64,000 nt of DNA from a virus. A model generated the notes under the pieces. It ran no database searches. It was not told the DNA's origin and saw nothing but the letters and a program-made list of their open reading frames with translations. The position numbers were made by a program, and so were the translations under genes. Where the stretch lies: IMG/VR virus record IMGVR_UViG_3300022919_000004, positions 9,315 to 73,314 of that record; one strand, given 5' to 3'. Positions 8,085 through 16,422 of this stretch are shown piece by piece; the first letter of the stretch is position 1; each line of letters begins with the position of its first letter.

Positions 8085-8112
8085 AAATCTTGGGGTTAAA
8101 CTTCCCCAAAAA
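8085..8112 (-). terminator. intrinsic terminator after endolysin
   Basis: TTGGGG-N8-CCCCAA then GATTTTT on - strand. Confidence 0.55.
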
Positions 8113-8127
8113 TAATTAATAAATTTA

Positions 8128-8577
8128 TTACGCTAGCTCAATATGCGGTGCATCCGGAAATTTTTTCCAATAAATTCCTGCTTCGATTTTTATACCCAAA
8201 CATTTAGCAGTAGCCATGATGTGAGCGGCAATAATACGAAACTCAGCATCAGCATTCCAATCTATTCTACCATTCACGAACGGAACAAAATCGATTGCGT
8301 GACCATACCCATCTGATTTAACCTGGTGATTACTTTTATTCGTCGTACCGTTCTTTTGGGTCACAATATTACCTAAAGGCTTTTTCGCGCTCCTGCCGTC
8401 CGGGTTTACTTTAGTACGTCCTAAAGCGTATAGTGCTACTTGTTCGGCCTGAGTGCGAACTCCATAAACTATTGTGAAGTCAACCGGAGTTTCCTTAATC
8501 GCTTCCATCATTACCATAACTAACCGAGGATCTACACCCTTTAATTTTGCCAGCGAACCGGCTCCGAAATTTGCCAT
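8128..8577 (-). CDS. endolysin, M15 L-Ala-D-Glu peptidase-like
   Basis: L.GVDPRL, GVRT.AEQ.ALY, SNH...GHAIDF, DAPHIEL. Confidence 0.85.
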   Translation of the reverse strand: MANFGAGSLAKLKGVDPRLVMVMMEAIKETPVDFTIVYGVRTQAEQVALYALGRTKVNPDGRSAKKPLGNIVTQKNGTTNKSNHQVKSDGYGHAIDFVPFVNGRIDWNADAEFRIIAAHIMATAKCLGIKIEAGIYWKKFPDAPHIELA

Positions 8578-8588
8578 AACCAAATATA

Positions 8589-8969
8589 CTAAATTAATTT
8601 ATAACCTCTACGTAGTAAAAAGTAGATCAATCCGGTTAAGGATACCCAAAGGATCGGAGTAACGATAATCAGTTCCGTCGTTCGCTTCAATATCTCCCGG
8701 TTAAACAATAACCCGCTTAACTGCGATATGATAAATACCAGGCAAAACATAGTAGGTACGCTCCAAATCGCCAGGGTATTATTCCATAACCAACGACCCA
8801 ACCACTTGATATACCAGAAATCAAATATAACTGTCCGTATAAGGATTTTAAGCGGCCTATAAGCCATCTTTAGCCTGCAAGTGTAATACATCAGTACACA
8901 CGTTAAAGCTACCATTAGAAGCATTGTAATTGTTGAGGCTATCATTAATGCGATCTGTTCAAAACTCAT
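8589..8969 (-). CDS. multi-TM lysis-cassette membrane protein
   Basis: About 3 TM segments; highly similar copy at 50268-50648. Confidence 0.65.
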   Translation of the reverse strand: MSFEQIALMIASTITMLLMVALTCVLMYYTCRLKMAYRPLKILIRTVIFDFWYIKWLGRWLWNNTLAIWSVPTMFCLVFIISQLSGLLFNREILKRTTELIIVTPILWVSLTGLIYFLLRRGYKLI

Positions 8970-9403
8970 GACTTATCCCCCTCGTTCTTATCATCAGTGT
9001 AATATTTTTTAACCATTGAATTAAAAGAAATCTTACTAATCTTCTCTAGTGATTGTATCAAATACACAGCCATAAAACTACAAATTATCAAATAAACCTG
9101 CAGGCCTACCGAACTAAAAGGGCGTATAGTAGAAAGCCCAGCTTCCCAAAACTTGTAGGCAGTCCATGCCATGAAGATGGTCGCAAACGCGTGTAAGGTC
9201 ACAATACCGCGTCCTAAAATACCTCCACCTGCCGCTATCATGACCATACGCAAGCCGAACCCGCACGTAATGGATACAGCACAGGCAAGTATTTGAGCTA
9301 CATCATGCGTTCCAAAACCTATGAAAAACCCCGTCAAAATCACTCCTTCCCTTATTACAGTCCCTGCCCACATAATTACTGTTTTTATTGCGTGTGTTAC
9401 CAT
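8966..9403 (-). CDS. multi-TM holin-like protein
   Basis: 3-4 TM segments, charged tail KKYYTDDKNE. Confidence 0.6.
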   Translation of the reverse strand: MVTHAIKTVIMWAGTVIREGVILTGFFIGFGTHDVAQILACAVSITCGFGLRMVMIAAGGGILGRGIVTLHAFATIFMAWTAYKFWEAGLSTIRPFSSVGLQVYLIICSFMAVYLIQSLEKISKISFNSMVKKYYTDDKNEGDKS

Positions 9404-9404
9404 A

Positions 9405-9770
9405 TCAGATATTACCGTTTTGATCTGCGCGGAATAGCGCGTATAATGTGTATGCGAATGTTATAGCGTTCAGGTAGTAAATCTGTAGGGATGGACGGGC
9501 GATTAACCCAAATTCATTAACAATAACCAGACCGGATATAATTGATAGAAAAACATAGGCGATATTACGAAACGCAATCTCAGATTTTGACTTTGTGGAA
9601 CTATTACCCATAATGAGTAAAGGGGCTACAAATACAAGCAACTCAGCATTGCGCCAAATAATCTTCCCGCTTTCATCTATGTGCCGATTATTGATACAAT
9701 AGATGTACATGTTATGGCTGCACACGTAGCATGCAGCCATAAGAGCCGTTACGATTGAGCGACTATCCAC
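9405..9770 (-). CDS. 4-TM membrane protein
   Basis: GTG start at 9770 by comparison with 51083-51448. Confidence 0.6.
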   Translation of the reverse strand: MDSRSIVTALMAACYVCSHNMYIYCINNRHIDESGKIIWRNAELLVFVAPLLIMGNSSTKSKSEIAFRNIAYVFLSIISGLVIVNEFGLIARPSLQIYYLNAITFAYTLYALFRADQNGNI

Positions 9771-9921
9771 CGATGTCTTCAATCCATTTCCAATCTGCGC
9801 CAATGCACTTCCATTTGCCTGGCCTTGGACTGCCCGCTGTAAGTGGCTTTGTGCCGCATGCAGCTAAATCGGTTTCTGGGTTTTCTTCTTCGTCTTCTGT
9901 TGGGTCTGTGTAGTTTTCCAT
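9763..9921 (-). CDS. acidic-leader Cys/Trp micropeptide, 52 aa
   Basis: Manual: MENYTDPTEDEEENPETDLAACGTKPLTAGSPRPGKWKCIGADWKWIEDIGG; homologue at 51441-51590. Confidence 0.7.
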   Translation of the reverse strand: MENYTDPTEDEEENPETDLAACGTKPLTAGSPRPGKWKCIGADWKWIEDIGG

Positions 9922-9951
9922 AATGCTTAAAGGTATAAATAATTCCTGAAC

Positions 9952-9967
9952 GCAACAATAGTGTTAC
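9952..9967. promoter_or_regulatory. palindromic box GCAACA-ATAG-TGTTAC between divergent lysis and moron promoters
   Basis: 11/12 match to consensus; perfect at homologous 51622. Confidence 0.7.
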
Positions 9968-10006
9968 AATTACTCACGTCTGGAAATTTGTATTTATGTT
10001 TGGGGT

Positions 10007-10237
10007 ATGGAAATACATAGATACAGAATAAAAGAAATTACCAAATACAATGAAACCAGATTTTACCCACAAGTTTTTATTATGAACTTTTTTGGGTTTA
10101 TTGTTTACTGGAATTTAGTACACCCTAATTATTCATTCGATGTCTATTTCGATACAATTGAAAAAGCTGAGAAATTTATTTTAGACGAAAAAACCGGGTA
10201 CACTGAGCATAAATCTAAGAAATACCACTCGATATGA
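10007..10237 (+). CDS. accessory hypothetical protein
   Basis: ORF track; TATGTTTG-GGGT-ATG; replaced by an unrelated gene in unit 2. Confidence 0.65.
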   Translation: MEIHRYRIKEITKYNETRFYPQVFIMNFFGFIVYWNLVHPNYSFDVYFDTIEKAEKFILDEKTGYTEHKSKKYHSI

Positions 10238-10425
10238 TAACCGTCCACTTCAAAACCCAACACCTAGGCCAATCGGAAATAGATTGCGATTCAATCGAAA
10301 CAGCTGAGCTTATCCCTGCAAGAGGGCGTAAACAATCTGCGGTAAATATTTTATACCTTTATAAGGATGGGAATTTTATCGCTGTAAACATTAACCAGGT
10401 AAAACGTATCACATGGTCGAAGTAA
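10234..10425 (+). CDS. hypothetical protein
   Basis: Homologue at 52059-52250. Confidence 0.7.
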   Translation: MITVHFKTQHLGQSEIDCDSIETAELIPARGRKQSAVNILYLYKDGNFIAVNINQVKRITWSK

Positions 10426-10586
10426 CATTTAAAGCGCAGACTGAGCAGGGGCATTGCGTTGTATTATACCCTGAACGCGTACTAGATCGTAACTTAGAAT
10501 GGTTGCTTGATTTCGGTACGCACACACATTTGTTTGATAAGGAATTGATTAAATCCGTAACCGTATGCCGTATTATTGCACGATAA
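10413..10586 (+). CDS. hypothetical protein, 57 aa
   Basis: Manual: MVEVTFKAQTEQGHCVVLYPERVLDRNLEWLLDFGTHTHLF...; homologue at 52238-52396. Confidence 0.65.
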   Translation: MVEVTFKAQTEQGHCVVLYPERVLDRNLEWLLDFGTHTHLFDKELIKSVTVCRIIAR

Positions 10587-10807
10587 GTTTAAGCGCTGCC
10601 GATCTGGTTAGCTCTTATCCAGTTCTGAAAATATCAGATAAGCCGGAAGATATTTACTTATTCAATTTAGGTATGCATCCACCATTTTCTCCAGGATGGA
10701 TCGTTATTGAACCGGATCAAACATTTTTCCAGGTAATTTCTCTCCTTGCAAGGATTAACGAACTCGGAATAGAATGGCGTATAAATGTAGACCCTGCAAG
10801 ATTATGA
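10565..10807 (+). CDS. hypothetical protein
   Basis: ORF track; unit 1 only. Confidence 0.5.
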   Translation: MPYYCTISLSAADLVSSYPVLKISDKPEDIYLFNLGMHPPFSPGWIVIEPDQTFFQVISLLARINELGIEWRINVDPARL

Positions 10808-10891
10808 AATACCTCATCCTATTTCTTTGCTTTATCTTTTTATTATATTTACTTAAACTCGCTTATGGCGACCATCAAAACCACCTTTAAT

Positions 10892-11023
10892 ATGAACTCT
10901 TTAAACTCCAACAACAAACCGTTATTTACTTTGCCTTTAAGTGCTGGCAAATTAGTACTTTTTATTTTCTGTCTGGCATTGTCCCTACAATTAGCTTTTG
11001 CCGTTAAAGCCTGTATGCCATGA
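10892..11023 (+). CDS. 43-aa TM microprotein
   Basis: MNSLNSNNKPLFTLPLSAGKLVLFIFCLALSLQLAFAVKACMP; homologue at 52767-52898. Confidence 0.65.
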   Translation: MNSLNSNNKPLFTLPLSAGKLVLFIFCLALSLQLAFAVKACMP

Positions 11024-11106
11024 AAGACAAACGAAAATATGCTGTAATAATAATGTGTTTCGGTAGCATACTTATTTGGGCATTTGTATTATGGTGTTTA
11101 TCATAA
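11020..11106 (+). CDS. 28-aa TM microprotein
   Basis: MKDKRKYAVIIMCFGSILIWAFVLWCLS; ATGA coupling. Confidence 0.5.
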   Translation: MKDKRKYAVIIMCFGSILIWAFVLWCLS

Positions 11107-11201
11107 TTTATGCCGTTTGCCTATTCCTGTTTTATAAGACAGGCAAACGTGTACTCAGGTCGCCTAAGTGGCATGAAGAAGATGATAGTGATTTATTATG
11201 A
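11091..11201 (+). CDS. 36-aa TM microprotein
   Basis: MVFIIIYAVCLFLFYKTGKRVLRSPKWHEEDDSDLL; same peptide conserved at the 3' end of 52895-53092. Confidence 0.55.
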   Translation: MVFIIIYAVCLFLFYKTGKRVLRSPKWHEEDDSDLL

Positions 11202-11738
11202 TCATTGCTTTAAAATTAGGAAATCAATAGTCAAATTAAGCGTACCTAATAACGGTACTGTACTGAAATTTACTGTAAATCCTGAAGCCGTTATATTACT
11301 TATCCAGCTAGGGACAGCGGCCTGCGGAGTTCTTGCTTGTACATAGACCTGAGTTGGAATAAAAGGTAAAACTGTTGTAACCCCATTAATAACATAGTTC
11401 ACATTATAAGCAGTTTGAAGTGTCACGCTACTAAATGTAACACTGCCTTTAATGGTGTTGCCATTAGCCACCCTGACCCACCTACCGGTAGCCATATTGG
11501 TCACTTTGATGGTTATAAACCCGTCATCATTAGCAGTGCTGGTATCATCCCAACGATAAACACCTCCATTACCATCTGTTGGGTTAGCCAGACCTAATAG
11601 TAAAATTTGCACTTTTGCCGTTCCACCCTGCAAGCGCATATCCGCTACAGTACCAAATGAAACAGGAGAAACAGCTACCGATTGAGCGATAGCAAAATGT
11701 ACTAAAAATAGTAACGGGAAGATTAATAACTTTTTCAT
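11202..11738 (-). CDS. signal-peptide protein with tailspike N-terminal adaptor-like domain
   Basis: MKKLLIFPLLFLVHFAIA|Q; GLANPTDGNGGVYRWDDTSTANDDGF...TGRWVR. Confidence 0.7.
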   Translation of the reverse strand: MKKLLIFPLLFLVHFAIAQSVAVSPVSFGTVADMRLQGGTAKVQILLLGLANPTDGNGGVYRWDDTSTANDDGFITIKVTNMATGRWVRVANGNTIKGSVTFSSVTLQTAYNVNYVINGVTTVLPFIPTQVYVQARTPQAAVPSWISNITASGFTVNFSTVPLLGTLNLTIDFLILKQ

Positions 11739-11740
11739 GA

Positions 11741-12814
11741 TTAGAACATAATAGGTTTAATTAACGCGGTGTATAATAACTCTTGTGATCCTGATGGAGG
11801 GGCTACGCTATAATATATGTAAATATTAGTCGCGTCTATTGTGGCATACTTAAAATTTGCAGCCTTATCAGAGTTGGCAGTAAGTAATATTAGACCACCA
11901 CCACTGAAGCCTGGTGCTCCATGTGGTATGGTTATAGTAGTGCTACTCCCGTTTCCTGTTGCTACCAAATAAACTACATAACCCGTTTCTGTATGTATTG
12001 TAGATAAAACCTTTCCGTCTACATACCTTTTGCTTGTTACCGATTCAGTTCCATAACTCGCGCTAACATCAGCATTATAATTAAGCACTCCTGTAGTAGC
12101 ATTAAGTGTTAATCTATTGAACGGCGCCAATGACCCTGCTGGACCATACGCAACCCAAAAGTTCATATTACCAGAGGCATCACCAAGTAAAGCCCATGAT
12201 TTAGTAGCGGTAGCTGCATCATTAGTATTATTCCACATATAGCCACCAGCAGCAAAATTATTAGTGGCTCCACCCCCAGCATATACGTTTGATCCAACGG
12301 TTATTGATTGAAAAAACCTGTTGTATCCATTCCATCCATTATCAGTATTAAAAATGTTGGCATAACTATTTATATACCCATTAGGATTTGATGAAAGGTA
12401 GTACGAACTATTATCATACGTGATCGTCGTTCCTGATGCCTTAATAAAGCCTGTGCCGTTCAACTGTGCTTGTTTCCCTGCTACTGTTGAGTTTGCAGCA
12501 ATCACCGTGTTAAGGTCTTGCCAGGTCTTATCCCCCCTCCAATACTGTGCAGTAGTTCCTGCTGTTATTTTAGGTTCATACGTTGCCGCCGCAAATCCCT
12601 TGCTTGCAAAAGCCTGCCAGATCGTACCATCATAAATCTGTAAATCCGCAGCAGTAGAATTAAGGTAAATCCTACCCAGAAACGGGTCTGTTGGCGCTGT
12701 GCTTAAAACCTGTATCCCGATACCGGCAGTCATTCTGAACGGTGAACTATGCGTCTGCTGTGCTTTTACCGCAAATGACGCAAGTAAAAGTAATATTGAT
12801 ATGTATTTTTTCAT
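11741..12814 (-). CDS. signal-peptide tail-fibre-like protein
   Basis: MKKYISILLLLASFAVKA|Q; GRIYLNS...YDGTIW, AGTTAQYWRGDKTW, TITIPHG C-terminal domain. Confidence 0.65.
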   Translation of the reverse strand: MKKYISILLLLASFAVKAQQTHSSPFRMTAGIGIQVLSTAPTDPFLGRIYLNSTAADLQIYDGTIWQAFASKGFAAATYEPKITAGTTAQYWRGDKTWQDLNTVIAANSTVAGKQAQLNGTGFIKASGTTITYDNSSYYLSSNPNGYINSYANIFNTDNGWNGYNRFFQSITVGSNVYAGGGATNNFAAGGYMWNNTNDAATATKSWALLGDASGNMNFWVAYGPAGSLAPFNRLTLNATTGVLNYNADVSASYGTESVTSKRYVDGKVLSTIHTETGYVVYLVATGNGSSTTITIPHGAPGFSGGGLILLTANSDKAANFKYATIDATNIYIYYSVAPPSGSQELLYTALIKPIMF

Positions 12815-12823
12815 GATTGCGTT

Positions 12824-15550
12824 TTATTGGTGATTTTCTATAAATGCTAAAATAGCCACTTCATCATAACAAGCGTCTGCGATATGTCCTGCTCCAACCT
12901 TAGTTATAAGAGTTGTTGAGTAGTTGCCCTTTGCTCTTAGGTTAGTTAAATAATTTATTGACTGGGCGATAGGTATATCTGTATCTGCGTCACCGTGTAT
13001 AGACAATAAAGGAACTGTTGACATTAGCCCAAGATTTCTATACGGCACATATTCATATATGTCAGTTATAGCCCCTGAGAAGTTGACAAAAACTACGTTT
13101 CCTGCGACATAAGACTTAGAAGCGGAATAAGTATCATAAAATGGATTTAGATATTCTGAATTTACCGGGGCTATAGTTCCTCCTCCAATTTTAACCCAGT
13201 TAATGCCATCGTCTACAGGGGTTACCCCTGTTTGGCTAACTAAAGACCTATAGGCAGTCCCAAAAGCTTTTTTTATAATATTCCCATAAGTTCCACCTGC
13301 AAAATTAGTTTCCGTATCAAATGCAGGACTTATGCCAATAACACCCTTTAATTTATCAGGGTAATTAGTCGCGAACATTACAGAGTTTAGCCCACCCATG
13401 CTAGCCCCTAATTGAAATATGCTTTTTGGATTGAGTACTGATACTGCATTATCTTGTAGGCTTTTTCTATACTTTAATCCTGTTGGCGCCCCCCAATTTG
13501 AAGAAGTTACTCCTGCTCCAAATAAGTTTGTACCTGCTGGATTATTGTAAGAGTTAAATGTTCCGTAGCATATTGATTTGCCGTTATTAAATAAAGCCGA
13601 TACAAGTCTGTTTAACCCGGTTGTTCCCGGTATTGCCCCGGCTGTAGCATTAGGATGATGATACTGTACAAGTACTTCCGATCCTTTTGGAGATATTACC
13701 ATAGACGGATAAGTCCCATCTAAACCATCATTAAGAATATTTGGTTCGTATATCGTTACTAAACCCCATTTAGGCGGGGACATAGTATTAGAAGCATAAA
13801 CGCTCTGCACTTCATATTTACCAACACTAGCGGCTGTAATTTTTATATCATTTAAATTGGTAAAAGGCGAAAAGCCCCCGCTAAGAAATGTTATCGGGTT
13901 TACCCTGTACCCTATTCTTCCATCATTATTAGGTAAGAAAACTCCCGCAGAAAACTGAGCATTCCAAGGTTTAGATATACTTTTAATGATCGCGGAAACT
14001 TTTGTTCCTGTCGATATAATGCTAAATTGATATGAATCCCCCGATACAAAAGGTGTAGAGGTATTCCCTAAGTAATAAGAAGCCCCACTATATGCCGTTA
14101 TAGCCTTGTTAGTGTTATCAAACACAAAAGAATTATTAACCCTAGCATCAGAACTCCCTTTTTGTCCAAAAGAAACCTGAAAGTTATCAGCAGTAACTGT
14201 TGCATCAGTTATTTTAACAACCATATCAATCCTAAAAGGCTTTGATGTGTCTATAAAACTTACATCTATTTCAGCAGAGGCATTTACAACATTTGGAGTT
14301 ATGCCATTAGCCGTCGCCACAAACCCAGTATTAGATGTTAATGAGTTTATAGTTATTTTTTCTTGATTTACTTCATACCTCTTAGTATACCCCATTAAAT
14401 CGGCACTTGTGGCAACACTCCCCGGCACATAAGCAGTATTCCCACTACCTGCATAAGTAACCTTAATAACCTCCCCTGAGACCATGTTTTCAGGGAATGT
14501 AATTCTACCAGTTGCAGGATCGAACGTTACATTCTTTAATGGATCACTTGTCGTGGTGTTGATCGAATAAAACGTTCCTTTGAATACCTGAGTAGGCAAC
14601 ATTGCTATTAACCTGGAATCCACAACAAAATTTTGCCCCGCTACACCGTTAATATCAATCGTATATGAAACAGCTTTATTTATGTTCTGTTGTAGCGTTG
14701 TTTCAGCCGCTGTAGCGCGACTTGTTTCTGTAGTCAGTGCAGATGCTTCAGCCAGCCCTGTTACCGCTCCTGTACGACCATTTACCGATGTTACCGGATA
14801 GTTAGGAACGTTTGCCGCTATCGCAGTCTGTACAGCTAAAGACGTTGGATAGGTAGTATTATTTGCCCCTGTTAAGGTTGTGACTTTATTAGACGAGTTT
14901 TCCTTGCCGCTAATATCCTGATCCCCTGTATTTGTTCCACTGAGATTAGTAGCAGATATAGCACCTGTAAATAATTGACCTGACACATTAGCCTTTAGAT
15001 CAATATCTGCTTTCCTCGCAACATCATTTGCTAAACTAGGTGTTTTCTGAACCTGCAAGTTTGGAGCAAAAGAAAAGGGGCTGTTTGTGCCATCTCCTAA
15101 ATGCAAATAATTAATACTTAAATCAGGATTAAAGAAGTTATGCGCAGTAGCAAGATAGTCAATCTTACCCGACCCCCAAGATAAAGATGATCCCTGAGCA
15201 GTAGGAGAGGTAATACCAAATTGAGTAACATTAGTATACGAAGAACCTGAGCCAAACCTACCTTGTAATGCCTGAAAGTTTCCATCTATCCATGCCGTTG
15301 CAGATTGCGCAGATGCACTTTGATTTTGGATATACCCGGTCCCGAATATAGGCGCATACCTAGCGTCTGATTGCGTTTTGTTGTAAAATGTATTGAATAA
15401 TGATTGATAGTAAGCCTTAGACTTCCAAACTTGCTGAACCCCCGCAACTGTTGCGCGCAAAGATGTATCTGCTGCAGCTACCCCGACCTGAGCATTTGCC
15501 CCGATACCGAAAAGCATTAAGGCAATTAGTAATTTAAATTTCATTCTCAT
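12824..15550 (-). CDS. signal-peptide tail fibre/spike with C-terminal alpha/beta-hydrolase
   Basis: MRMKFKLLIALMLFGIGANA|Q; VTSVNGRTGAV and LSGTNTGDQD fibre motifs; GASMGG, HGDADTDIP, GAGH catalytic triad motifs. Confidence 0.7.
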   Translation of the reverse strand: MRMKFKLLIALMLFGIGANAQVGVAAADTSLRATVAGVQQVWKSKAYYQSLFNTFYNKTQSDARYAPIFGTGYIQNQSASAQSATAWIDGNFQALQGRFGSGSSYTNVTQFGITSPTAQGSSLSWGSGKIDYLATAHNFFNPDLSINYLHLGDGTNSPFSFAPNLQVQKTPSLANDVARKADIDLKANVSGQLFTGAISATNLSGTNTGDQDISGKENSSNKVTTLTGANNTTYPTSLAVQTAIAANVPNYPVTSVNGRTGAVTGLAEASALTTETSRATAAETTLQQNINKAVSYTIDINGVAGQNFVVDSRLIAMLPTQVFKGTFYSINTTTSDPLKNVTFDPATGRITFPENMVSGEVIKVTYAGSGNTAYVPGSVATSADLMGYTKRYEVNQEKITINSLTSNTGFVATANGITPNVVNASAEIDVSFIDTSKPFRIDMVVKITDATVTADNFQVSFGQKGSSDARVNNSFVFDNTNKAITAYSGASYYLGNTSTPFVSGDSYQFSIISTGTKVSAIIKSISKPWNAQFSAGVFLPNNDGRIGYRVNPITFLSGGFSPFTNLNDIKITAASVGKYEVQSVYASNTMSPPKWGLVTIYEPNILNDGLDGTYPSMVISPKGSEVLVQYHHPNATAGAIPGTTGLNRLVSALFNNGKSICYGTFNSYNNPAGTNLFGAGVTSSNWGAPTGLKYRKSLQDNAVSVLNPKSIFQLGASMGGLNSVMFATNYPDKLKGVIGISPAFDTETNFAGGTYGNIIKKAFGTAYRSLVSQTGVTPVDDGINWVKIGGGTIAPVNSEYLNPFYDTYSASKSYVAGNVVFVNFSGAITDIYEYVPYRNLGLMSTVPLLSIHGDADTDIPIAQSINYLTNLRAKGNYSTTLITKVGAGHIADACYDEVAILAFIENHQ

Positions 15551-15555
15551 AATTT

Positions 15556-16422
15556 TTATAGTGTTGCTTCCCATGCGTATTTTAATGATTGACCGTCGTT
15601 ATTACTGAACGGTAAGGTTATGTAAATATTAGTTTCGTCCCAATCCTTAAAGGTCACCCCTATCATGCCGGATGCTAAATTGTTCGGGAAAGCATCTGCG
15701 TGCTTAGGTTTGCTTGTGTAACCGTGAGGTATAGTTATCAGTAGTTGACCCGTATCATTGATAGCGTAAAATCCTGCCCTATTTTCATTAGCTGTAGGCG
15801 GCATAGAATTACTGTCTGCTATGTATGGCAGTTCGCCACTCGATTGTGATGGTACATAAACGTAGGCGACCTGTACAGCATCTGCAGGAGTAACAGGCTC
15901 ATTAGGTATCGAAGTAGCCACCCCATCCAACAATAATATATTTCCAGCAGTATTCGCATATATTAAATCTATACGATTAAAATTTAAATCTGCAGGCGTT
16001 AAATCAAGCTGCGTTTGTGTTGCTTTAGAATACAGGTCACCGTCAATAGCCCATTTACCGGCGCTTACTGAAACGACCTGGCCGAATACTGATGCCTGTA
16101 ATGAAATATTACCAGTACCGAAATCAAAGCCTAAAGGTATTGATAACTCCTGAACCCAAGCCGAATTCCGGTAACGCCAAATAGCAAAATTAGAACTTAT
16201 TTGTACATACAGGGCTAAATCGGTTGCCGTTCCCGTTGGCGGCACTGCACCACCCGATATAGGGAAATCGTTTATAATTCCTAGTATCGGCTTTAGCAAA
16301 TCGGCTAATTGTAACCCGATAGAAGCTACGTCTGTAGGATCGATTGAATTTACATCGTCTTTAACGGCAACATTCGTGTTTACCTGTTGCTTGTATGCGT
16401 CTAAAAGATCTTTATAGTTCAT
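15556..16422 (-). CDS. tail-tip/fibre adaptor protein
   Basis: Position; NRIDLIYA...G...P.EP..PA; homologue at 56755-57624. Confidence 0.6.
   Translation of the reverse strand: MNYKDLLDAYKQQVNTNVAVKDDVNSIDPTDVASIGLQLADLLKPILGIINDFPISGGAVPPTGTATDLALYVQISSNFAIWRYRNSAWVQELSIPLGFDFGTGNISLQASVFGQVVSVSAGKWAIDGDLYSKATQTQLDLTPADLNFNRIDLIYANTAGNILLLDGVATSIPNEPVTPADAVQVAYVYVPSQSSGELPYIADSNSMPPTANENRAGFYAINDTGQLLITIPHGYTSKPKHADAFPNNLASGMIGVTFKDWDETNIYITLPFSNNDGQSLKYAWEATL

Noticed and set aside
9763-9921. RiPP/bacteriocin precursor or arbitrium-type signal
   Set aside because: No modifying enzyme, peptidase-ABC transporter, signal peptide or TPR receptor nearby; GG is terminal rather than before a core
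11202-15550. T9SS C-terminal sorting domains on the signal-peptide proteins
   Set aside because: No recognisable T9SS CTD (YPNP...G.Y...K.IK) pattern; the export route beyond Sec is unknown
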